Shown here in pieces: positions 54,875 through 62,122 of a stretch of 62,122 bases of DNA. Made by a program: the position numbers and the translations under genes. Numbering within the stretch: position 1 is the first letter of the stretch; every line of letters begins with the position of its first letter. Origin of the DNA: Candidatus Tayloriibacteriota bacterium (GTDB lineage Bacteria > Patescibacteriota > Minisyncoccia > Phycocordibacterales > PALSA-1337). Location: positions 1 to 62,122 of the forward strand of contig CALRBR010000004.1 in assembly GCA_943354385.1 (NCBI GenBank). Reading direction: 5' to 3'. The notes beneath the pieces were generated by a model. It was not told the origin of the DNA. It saw only the letters and a list, made by a program, of their open reading frames with translations, and did not search any database.

Positions 54875-54929
54875 TAGCAAGGACTGTCCTTGCTAAAGGT
54901 TTAAGTATCAAGGTTCAACCTTGATACTT
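54875..54929. repeat. pair of perfect hairpins in the divergent promoter region
   Basis: tagcaaggac-t-gtccttgcta (54875-54895) and aagtatcaagg-ttcaa-ccttgatactt (54903-54929). Confidence 0.65.
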
Positions 54930-54952
54930 GGCTTTTGTGCTATGATTTATAT

Positions 54953-55768
54953 ATGGATAAGTTTAAGAAAATAATGCATGCAATAGTGTACATTTTTGCT
55001 GTTGTTGGATTTGTACTCGTTTGTGGATATGGTGCAATCCGTCTCGGTTGGACAAAAACGTCTGGAATAATCGACACCCAGAGAGAAACTTTTGTAAAAG
55101 ACATAAAGGACATTCATGAGAGCAAGCCGGCCTGGACTGAGAGTGAAGAATGGCGGATATTTTCACAAGCTATCATAAAGGACAAGAAAGATTTAGAAAA
55201 GGCGTCTTTACTCTCTGGGGTACCAGCACGACTGATCGTGGCACAGCTTGTAGCAGAACAACTAAGGCTTTTTTACACACAAAGAGAGCTTTTTAAGACT
55301 GTCTTTGCTCCGTTAAAGCTTCTGGGTAATCAGTCTCAATTCTCATGGGGAGTGGCTGGGCTAAAACAAGAAACCGCGCAAAACATAGAAGCGAATCTAA
55401 AGGACATCGCCTCCCCTTTTTATCTCGGTAAGTCGCATGAGAGCCTCCTTGATTTTAAAACAAGCGACACAGACCAGGAACGCTTTGCACGAATCGTAAA
55501 TGGCGACAGTCGTTTTTACTCATACCTTTATGTTGGGCTATACTTGAAGCAAATCATCACTCAGTGGCAAAAAGCCGGATTTGATATCTCCGACCGACCA
55601 GAAATACTCAGCACTCTCTATAATATAGGCTTTGAACATTCGAAACCGAGTGGTGACCCGAAGGTGGGTGGTTCTGCCCTGACCATAGATGGTGAGTTAA
55701 AGAGCTTTGGTGGACTGGCAGGAGAGTTTTATTATTCAGACGAGCTAGTGGGGGTGTTTCCGAGGTAA
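54953..55768 (+). CDS. membrane-anchored hypothetical protein
   Basis: I use the ATG at 54953 (MDKFKKIMHAIVYIFAVVGFVLVCGYG, TM); the track start 54935 is a TTG. No motif recognised. Confidence 0.6.
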   Translation: MDKFKKIMHAIVYIFAVVGFVLVCGYGAIRLGWTKTSGIIDTQRETFVKDIKDIHESKPAWTESEEWRIFSQAIIKDKKDLEKASLLSGVPARLIVAQLVAEQLRLFYTQRELFKTVFAPLKLLGNQSQFSWGVAGLKQETAQNIEANLKDIASPFYLGKSHESLLDFKTSDTDQERFARIVNGDSRFYSYLYVGLYLKQIITQWQKAGFDISDRPEILSTLYNIGFEHSKPSGDPKVGGSALTIDGELKSFGGLAGEFYYSDELVGVFPR

Positions 55769-55868
55769 AATAATCAAAAACATCTTTAAAGGCTCAACGG
55801 CACTCCGTTGAGCCCTTCCGCTAAAGTATGGCTCTGTTCGAGGTTATTTTGACAAAGAACGAGTTTTC

Positions 55869-55896
55869 CCCGAAAATTGCTACTGCAATTTTCGGG
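55869..55896. repeat. CTACTG-hexaloop hairpin, copy 5
   Basis: cccgaaaattg-CTACTG-caattttcggg, followed directly by tGTACTAT. Confidence 0.7.
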
Positions 55897-55897
55897 T

Positions 55898-56216
55898 GTA
55901 CTATTCTCCCTTTCCTAAAGGCTGTCTAAACGCGCACATTATCTACCGATGTACCCGTCCACAGATGTCGATCAACAAACGATAGACTCTGCACTAGAAG
56001 TCACTCTGGCGTGGCTAAATCAGTTTTACTAAACTGATCGCCTGAATCCGCTTGGGGCGGATTGTAGGGATGGATTTGAAATATAAATCCCTCGGCCTGG
56101 AGCCTGCTTCTTACAGAAGCTGTACACCTTTCGCTCTCTTTGAGCATACAAAGCGCTCAAGGTCATGCGAAGCTCCATGTATTCGCTTCTCACCCTTTAC
56201 AAAGGGAGAATAGTAC
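55898..56216. mobile_element. 319-bp MITE-like element bounded by perfect 16-bp terminal inverted repeats
   Basis: GTACTATTCTCCCTTT (55898-55913) and AAAGGGAGAATAGTAC (56201-56216). The interior is built from the same modules seen at 7.1-7.3, 9.3 and 60.5 kb. There is no ORF of its own. Confidence 0.55.
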
Positions 56217-56260
56217 GGGAGCAATTAGATCGTCTGTTTTAACAAATCTTCACCAAAACC

Positions 56261-56289
56261 TTGCTTCCCCACCCCTTTTCTGCTATACT
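56261..56289 (+). promoter_or_regulatory. secG promoter (near-leaderless)
   Basis: TTGCTT (56261-56266), 17 nt spacer, TATACT (56284-56289), then 7 nt and the ATG at 56297. Confidence 0.45.
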
Positions 56290-56296
56290 ATCTGGG

Positions 56297-56533
56297 ATGA
56301 ATCAGATTGCCCTCGTATTGCCATACGCACAGATCGTACTCACCATTCTTTTGGTGATTGCTATCCTACTTCAGCGCACCAGTGCCTCTCTTGGAGGTGC
56401 CTTTGGTGGTGGGGACAATTTCAGCTCGGCATTCCACACAAGACGCGGTTTCGAAAAAACACTTTTTATCGCAAGTATTGTGATTGCGGTCTTGTTTGTC
56501 ATCTCAGCATTTCTTGCATTGATTCTCAAATAA
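56297..56533 (+). CDS. secG: preprotein translocase subunit SecG
   Basis: MNQIALVLPYAQIVLTILLVIAILLQRTSASLGGAFGGGDNFSSAFHTRRGFEKTLF... I prefer the ATG at 56297 over the track start 56261. Confidence 0.8.
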   Translation: MNQIALVLPYAQIVLTILLVIAILLQRTSASLGGAFGGGDNFSSAFHTRRGFEKTLFIASIVIAVLFVISAFLALILK

Positions 56534-56636
56534 TAACAGAGCTTAAAACCTATTTTAGTCTGTTATATATCGTCTATATTATTATCCTAAACTAATCCAC
56601 AATCCTTTAGAGACCTTTTAAAGGATTGTTACTTTT

Positions 56637-58415
56637 GTGAACGATCACGACATTTCATTATTACAGTCTATGAAGAACTTTTGGAAAAAGGAGGTGACTT
56701 CTGCTGTGCGAGCATTTACACCGACCGAAAAAGTGGCCTTTGTATTTTTTCTCTCTCTCTTGGGAATCAGTGCTTTTGTAATGGTTTCAAAAATCAACCA
56801 ATCATTCATGGTCCAAATACCCGCGCTCGGCGGTACATTAAATGAAGGTATTGTCGGTACACCCCGCTTTATAAACCCAGTTCTCGCACTCGGTGATGCT
56901 GATCGTGACCTGACCACTCTCGTATATTCAGGCTTACTCAAAGTAAATACTCACGGTGCACTTGTACCTGACCTCGCCGAAAGTTATACAGTATCCACCG
57001 ATGGGCTCGAGTACACCTTTGTACTCAGAAAAGACGCTCGCTTCCACGATGATACCCCTGTAACTATCGACGATATAGAATTTACTATCCAAAAGATTCA
57101 GGACCCTGCCATCAAGAGTCCAAAAAGAGCAAACTGGGACGGAATTACAACTAGTAGAATAAATGAAAATACTGTCATCTTTACTCTCAAAAAGCCCTAC
57201 TCACCTTTTATTGAAAACACCACTATCGGCATCCTACCAAAACATCTCTGGAAAAATGTAGACGCCGAACAATTCCAGTTTAGCCCATACAACATACGCC
57301 CAATAGGCTCGGGACCGTACCTTATAAAGAAAATTGTCCGCGACAGGGACGATGTACCTCAGTCTTATGAACTCACTTCATTTAAAAAATATGTTCTCGG
57401 TGCAGCACATATCAAAACACTGATATTACATTTCTATACAAACGAACAAACCCTTCTCGAGGCATACAAAAATGAAGAAATCGAAAGTCTCAATAGTATT
57501 TCAGCAAAGGAGGCCTCTGAGCTAAACAAAACCGGTATTGCTATCGAGCGGGCACCGCTACCTCGAATCTTTGGAGTATTTTTTAATCAAAATCAGGCTC
57601 CAATTTTTGCATCAGACGAGGTACGTGAGGCACTCAATCTAGCTGTTGATAAAGATACGATCGTAACCGAAGCACTATATGGCTATGGCACAAAAATAGA
57701 CGGCCCTATCCCCCAGGATTTGATTAGTGGAGGTGCTCCAGATTTATTGGCTACCAATACTCAGTCAAAATCAGAGGCAGAAAGAATAGAAACTGCAAAA
57801 GCTCTCCTTACTAAAAACGGTTGGAAGCCAAACGAAGCGGGCATCATGGAAAAAGTGATTATGGATAAAAAGGTTAAAAAAGAAACCAAAACACTCCGTT
57901 TTTCACTTTCAACACCAAACGCTCCTGAGCTCAAAAAGACAGCAGAGCTTCTCAAAGCACAGTGGGAAAAAATTGGTGCTGAAGTCGACCTAAAAGTTTT
58001 TGACACCGGCGAGTTGAGTCAAAATGTGATCCGGCCTCGCAAATACGACGCGATTCTTTTTGGAGAAATCATTGGAAGAGACCTGGACCTCTTTGCCTTC
58101 TGGCATTCTTCACAGAGGAATGATCCGGGTTTTAACATCGCTATGTATATCAATACAAAGGCGGACAAGCTTCTCGAAGACGCACGAGTCATCAGCAATA
58201 CTGCTGAACGACTCGATAAATATCGAAGATTTGATGAAATTGTGAGAGAAGATAATGCCGCTATATTTACATACTCCCCAGATTTTATTTACATCATACC
58301 AAATACGATCCAAGGCTTTTCGATAGGACAGATTACTACACCAGCGGATCGATTTATGAACATACAGGATTGGTATATTGAGACGGACCATATATGGAAA
58401 ATTTTCTTAAAATAA
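56637..58415 (+). CDS. ABC-transporter substrate-binding protein, family 5 (peptide/nickel, OppA/DppA-like), membrane-anchored
   Basis: 592 aa with an N-terminal TM (VAFVFFLSLLGISAFVMV). The SBP_bac_5-like core includes ...LVYSGLLKVNTHGALVPDLAESY...FHDDTPVT.DD..F. Confidence 0.75.
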   Translation: MNDHDISLLQSMKNFWKKEVTSAVRAFTPTEKVAFVFFLSLLGISAFVMVSKINQSFMVQIPALGGTLNEGIVGTPRFINPVLALGDADRDLTTLVYSGLLKVNTHGALVPDLAESYTVSTDGLEYTFVLRKDARFHDDTPVTIDDIEFTIQKIQDPAIKSPKRANWDGITTSRINENTVIFTLKKPYSPFIENTTIGILPKHLWKNVDAEQFQFSPYNIRPIGSGPYLIKKIVRDRDDVPQSYELTSFKKYVLGAAHIKTLILHFYTNEQTLLEAYKNEEIESLNSISAKEASELNKTGIAIERAPLPRIFGVFFNQNQAPIFASDEVREALNLAVDKDTIVTEALYGYGTKIDGPIPQDLISGGAPDLLATNTQSKSEAERIETAKALLTKNGWKPNEAGIMEKVIMDKKVKKETKTLRFSLSTPNAPELKKTAELLKAQWEKIGAEVDLKVFDTGELSQNVIRPRKYDAILFGEIIGRDLDLFAFWHSSQRNDPGFNIAMYINTKADKLLEDARVISNTAERLDKYRRFDEIVREDNAAIFTYSPDFIYIIPNTIQGFSIGQITTPADRFMNIQDWYIETDHIWKIFLK

Positions 58416-58453
58416 ATAGACACAACATTAATCAGAATTAAAATAACACACGA

Positions 58454-60355
58454 ATGAACACACAAAACACAACAGACACAAAGACAGAAACAGTAGGCAG
58501 AGAGCATAATCCGACCACCGAGCATGTCACCACAGTGACCCCAACCCAGAGACCCACTGGTACTCAGGTCGCTAGTACCGGCATGTCTTCTCGCAAATCT
58601 CGAGATGCAGGCCAGCGTCGTATGCCTCGCCGAGAACCACTTCAAGTGAAAAAAGCTGATGATAAAATACCACCGGTAGGAGACAATATTCGCATCATCC
58701 CCCTCGGTGGAGTCGAAGAAGTCGGCAAGAATATGACTTTGATCGAGTACAAAAATGATATCATCGTCATCGACATCGGGTTCCAATTTAAAGATGAGCA
58801 AACCCCAGGTATCGACTACATCCTACCTAATACCAAATATCTTGAGGAAAGAAAGGACAGGGTGCGTGCAGTCATCATTACTCACGGCCACCTAGACCAC
58901 ATCGGAGGTATCCCCTACGTCATGCCTCGTATCGGTAATCCACCACTATATACCAGAAGCTTGACTTCCGTCATGATCAAAAAAAGACAGGAAGAATTTC
59001 CTCAAATGCCCCCGCTCGACATACGCGTTGTTGAGAAGGAAGACACGATTCGAATCGGTGATCTAAAGGTGAAATTTTTTGCGGTAACCCACACTATTCC
59101 TGATGCCATGGGAGTAATCATTCAAACTCCACTCGGCAGTATCGTGCACACGGGTGACCTTAAGCTCGATCATATAGACGGCGTACCAACCGAGGAAGAA
59201 GAGGCTGAATATGATCTAAAGTTTAAGGATGAAAAAGTTCTCCTCCTCATGGCCGACTCTACCAATGTTGAGAATCCTGGCTTTTCTATTCCTGAAAAAA
59301 CAGTACATAAAAATATTGAGGAGATTATCAAAAACTGCCAGGGCCGACTTATTATTGCAACCTTTGCTTCCCTATTGGAACGTCTCATGAAAATCATTGA
59401 GATTTCGGAACGCTATGGCAAAAAAGTGGTGGTAGATGGACGAAGTATGAAAAATAACATTGAGATTGTAAAACATCTCGGTCTTTTGAAGTGTAAGAAA
59501 GAGACACTGATTACCGCTGAGGAAATGCACATGTATCCCCCTGAGCGTATCGTCTGTATTGCGACAGGTGCGCAGGGAGATGACTTTACTGCCCTGATGC
59601 GTATGGCGACCAAAACTCATAAATATTTTAAACTCAACAAGAGAGATACAGTACTACTCTCTTCTTCAGTGGTGCCTGGTAACGAACGCGCTGTGCAGAG
59701 ACTCAAGGATAATCTTTCTCGACAAGGTGCTCGTATTATCCACTACAAAATGTCTGACGTGCATTCATCTGGCCATGCAAATAGGGACGAAACCGCTTGG
59801 ATTCACAAAAAGATTAAGCCGAGATTCTTTATGCCAGTACACGGCTATCACTACATGCTCCGCGTCCACGGTGATATTGCTAAAATAGCCAACAATCTAC
59901 CCGAGGAAAGCATCATACTTCCAGACAACGGCACAGTAGTAGAAATTACCGATGGTGGGACCAAAATCACCACCCTCAAAGAACGTGCTCCACATAGTGT
60001 GGTAATGGTGGACGGCTTTTCAGTCGGAGATATTCAAGAAGTGGTTATCCGCGATCGCCAGCTTCTCGCCCAAGATGGTATCTTTATCATCTTTGGTCTT
60101 ATAAACGCCCAGACAGGCAAACTAAAGAAATCGCCTGATATTATTTCACGAGGTTTTATTTATCTACGAGAATCACAAGACCTTCTCCATGAAGCACGAC
60201 AGATTATCAAAAAAACCATTGAGGATTCTACTCACGGTACAAACCCTATCAACTTTGACTACGTCAAAGCCAATGTTACCGACGTACTCAGTAAATATCT
60301 CCTCCAGAAGACCGCAAAGAGACCTATTGTGATACCGGTCCTTCTCGCGGTATAA
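58454..60355 (+). CDS. rnj: ribonuclease J (metallo-beta-lactamase / beta-CASP)
   Basis: ITHGHLDHIGGIPYV, plus beta-CASP motifs (...LLMADSTNV..., HSSGHANRDE). There is an N-terminal extension of about 75 aa with no recognisable domain. Confidence 0.9.
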   Translation: MNTQNTTDTKTETVGREHNPTTEHVTTVTPTQRPTGTQVASTGMSSRKSRDAGQRRMPRREPLQVKKADDKIPPVGDNIRIIPLGGVEEVGKNMTLIEYKNDIIVIDIGFQFKDEQTPGIDYILPNTKYLEERKDRVRAVIITHGHLDHIGGIPYVMPRIGNPPLYTRSLTSVMIKKRQEEFPQMPPLDIRVVEKEDTIRIGDLKVKFFAVTHTIPDAMGVIIQTPLGSIVHTGDLKLDHIDGVPTEEEEAEYDLKFKDEKVLLLMADSTNVENPGFSIPEKTVHKNIEEIIKNCQGRLIIATFASLLERLMKIIEISERYGKKVVVDGRSMKNNIEIVKHLGLLKCKKETLITAEEMHMYPPERIVCIATGAQGDDFTALMRMATKTHKYFKLNKRDTVLLSSSVVPGNERAVQRLKDNLSRQGARIIHYKMSDVHSSGHANRDETAWIHKKIKPRFFMPVHGYHYMLRVHGDIAKIANNLPEESIILPDNGTVVEITDGGTKITTLKERAPHSVVMVDGFSVGDIQEVVIRDRQLLAQDGIFIIFGLINAQTGKLKKSPDIISRGFIYLRESQDLLHEARQIIKKTIEDSTHGTNPINFDYVKANVTDVLSKYLLQKTAKRPIVIPVLLAV

Positions 60356-60606
60356 TGTTAGGTAGATTCACGAGCCATGACTTGTGGCTAGTGTGTCGAG
60401 TCATCTTGATGGAGAAGATGCTGAGTTTGGCAAAACGAAATGCAAAGAGCTCACAAGAGCGTAGCATAAAAATTAAGATTAAAAAAAATCCGCTCTAAAA
60501 TCCGCCCGAGCGGATTCGGGCGAAGAGTTTAGTAAAAAGGATTCAGCCGCCCTGAGTACACTCTTCCTCACTTTACTAAGGGAGGAAGAGTGTACCGAAT
60601 TATTCT

Positions 60607-60680
60607 CCCCTAGTAAAGGGCCGTCCATAGGTGTCAATCACAGACGATTGACTTACCAGTAGGGGGAGGGATTTGTACCC
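60607..60680. repeat. intergenic mosaic module, copy (ATTCTCCCC-loop-AAAGGGCCGTCC ... GTCAATCACAGACGATTGAC)
   Basis: Collinear with 7168-7240 and 55901-56000. It is preceded at 60553-60597 by the hairpin gagtacactcttcctc...gaggaagagtgtac. Confidence 0.55.
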
Positions 60681-60685
60681 AGTCT

Positions 60686-61858
60686 ATGCGTCACATTCAC
60701 CACCCAAAAAGCAGGTCATTATACACTATCTGTCTACTCGGTTTTATCTTTACTGTGCACATGGCTCTGCCGGTGTATGTTAATTCAACATTCCTAAGTA
60801 ATTTTGCGAGTGAAAGCGCTATTGGCCTTATTTATACCATATCCTCAATTATTACTATTGTGGGGCTAATTTATTTCAACCAAATTCTTAGAAAATACGG
60901 TAATTATAATACGGCCGTCATCCTCATTATTCTACAAATACTATCGCTAGTAGGTCTCACTATTTCAAACTCACTTTTATTTATCGCTCCTATTTTCATT
61001 GCAAGTATGGCGCTTACTAGTATGATCATCCTCAATATCGATGTATTTATCGAGCATGATACTACAAGCCAAACAGCCGGGAGTGTGCGCGGTCTTTTCC
61101 TCACTATTACCAATACCGCATGGATCCTCTCGCCGATGCTCGCCGGAGTCCTTATTGATGGGACCAATCAATACTGGAAAATCTATGGGGCTGCAATATT
61201 GTTTTTAATACCCGCCCTATTTATACTTCATTCAAATTTTAGAAACTTCAATGATCCGGTTTACGCGGACGTTTCCGCTCGAGCAACCCTTCACAAAATT
61301 TGGATTAATCCAAACCTCTACCGTGTGTTTATGGCCAACATTATCCTCAATCTTTTCTATGCCTGGATGGTGATATACACACCAATTTATTTAAATAAAT
61401 ATGTCGGATTCGACTGGGAAACGATAGGTTTTATCTTTACGATTATGTTGATTCCTTTTGTACTCCTCGACATACCTCTCGGAAAGCTCGCGGATAAAAA
61501 ATATGGGGAGAAGGAAATGATGAGTATTGGTTTTGTGGTTATGGCAATTTCAACAGGCATTATCAGTATGGTAGATAGTGGCAGTGCATGGATGTGGGCA
61601 CTAGTACTTTTCACTACCCGTATTGGTGCAAGTATTATTGAAATTATGATTGAAACATATTTTTTCAAAAAGGTTGGCGAAAAAGACACCAGCACGCTCA
61701 GCATCTTTAGATCGACTCGGGCAATGGCCTACATCATTACACCGGCTTTATTTTCACTCAGTCTGTTGTTTGTAGACTATCGTTATACTTTTATAATTCT
61801 CGGTGTGGTTAGTTTGTATGGGCTAAGATATAGTTTGACCATTGAGGATACGCTGTAA
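60686..61858 (+). CDS. MFS transporter
   Basis: 390 aa with about 12 TM helices. MFS-like loop GKLADKKYGEKEMM. Confidence 0.7.
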   Translation: MRHIHHPKSRSLYTICLLGFIFTVHMALPVYVNSTFLSNFASESAIGLIYTISSIITIVGLIYFNQILRKYGNYNTAVILIILQILSLVGLTISNSLLFIAPIFIASMALTSMIILNIDVFIEHDTTSQTAGSVRGLFLTITNTAWILSPMLAGVLIDGTNQYWKIYGAAILFLIPALFILHSNFRNFNDPVYADVSARATLHKIWINPNLYRVFMANIILNLFYAWMVIYTPIYLNKYVGFDWETIGFIFTIMLIPFVLLDIPLGKLADKKYGEKEMMSIGFVVMAISTGIISMVDSGSAWMWALVLFTTRIGASIIEIMIETYFFKKVGEKDTSTLSIFRSTRAMAYIITPALFSLSLLFVDYRYTFIILGVVSLYGLRYSLTIEDTL

Positions 61859-61904
61859 GTAGGTGTTAGTAGTCAGATATTAGACATCAGAAAATCCACC
61901 CAAC

Positions 61905-61946
61905 AGGACATCCCCGCAAAATCTACTGATTTTGCGGGGATGTCCT
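61905..61946. repeat. CTACTG-hexaloop hairpin, copy 6 (18-bp stem) between convergent genes
   Basis: aggacatccccgcaaaat-CTACTG-attttgcggggatgtcct, followed by tGTACTAT. Confidence 0.75.
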
Positions 61947-61981
61947 TGTACTATCTATTGTCTAACTACTAATATCTAAAA

Positions 61982-62122
61982 TCAAAACCCCTTAACACCT
62001 TTATCTTTCAAATATTTCGCCACCTGATCCTTGTCTGAATCCGCAATAATCTCTCCGTCAATATCCAGCGTCGGTGCTTTTGACTGATCCGACTTTGCAA
62101 CCATCTCATCAAAAAACCTTTT
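61982..62122 (-). CDS. glutaredoxin-like protein, C-terminal part (N-terminus beyond the window end)
   Basis: My translation is KRFFDEMVAKSDQSKAPTLDIDGEIIADSDKDQVAKYLKDKGVKGF*. The (V/A)PTLxIDGExI pattern is typical of the glutaredoxin/NrdH fold. Confidence 0.45.
   Translation of the reverse strand, partial: KRFFDEMVAKSDQSKAPTLDIDGEIIADSDKDQVAKYLKDKGVKGF

Noticed and set aside
56140-56595. 151-aa plus-strand ORF
   Set aside because: It starts inside the TIR-bounded element and runs out of frame across secG. SecG in the other frame has clear family features.

Overview
This is a dense, mostly minus-strand 62-kb window. It probably comes from a small-genome bacterium of the CPR/Patescibacteria (Parcubacteria-like) type. 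That placement is an inference from gene content: an AlaRS that ends right after the editing domain, a sigma-region-4/HARE-HTH protein, a monomeric class II RNR, an orphan PurD-like ATP-grasp, giant Ser/Thr-rich secreted proteins and almost no metabolism. The standard genetic code fits. Housekeeping genes I recognise: a kinase-like gene followed by grpE, an orphan ORF, dnaK and dnaJ; the alpha r-protein operon (infA-rpmJ-rpsM-rpsK-rpsD-rpoA-rplQ) followed by rplM-rpsI; alaS, leuS, mnmA, mltG, ychF, nrdJ (class II RNR), htpX/lemA, secG and RNase J. There is also an RNase P RNA (41.6-42.0 kb) and a tRNA-Ser(GGA), neither of which a protein ORF track can show. Accessory content: (1) a ten-gene copper/heavy-metal island (23.0-29.5 kb) with a CsoR-type operator inside its promoter spacer; (2) a UDG / MGMT-like / ATP-cone-nuclease cluster; (3) three large secreted proteins of 304, 832 and 1707 aa. 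Two of these lie in a 3.8-kb cassette bracketed by a direct duplication of the dnaJ 3' end. The most unusual signal is non-coding. Nearly every longer intergenic region is built from a shared set of short hairpin modules: a CTACTG-hexaloop hairpin family with compensatory stems, a 60-70 bp double hairpin abutting stop codons, GCAAGGAC-N-GTCCTTGC hairpins, and roughly 100-320 bp TIR-bounded MITE-like units. A 1.6-kb gene-free stretch (47.9-49.5 kb) holds a decayed gene and more hairpins. I found no rRNA, CRISPR array, transposase, integrase or reverse transcriptase. Coordinates of RNA ends, promoters and repeats are hand-derived and approximate to a few nt.
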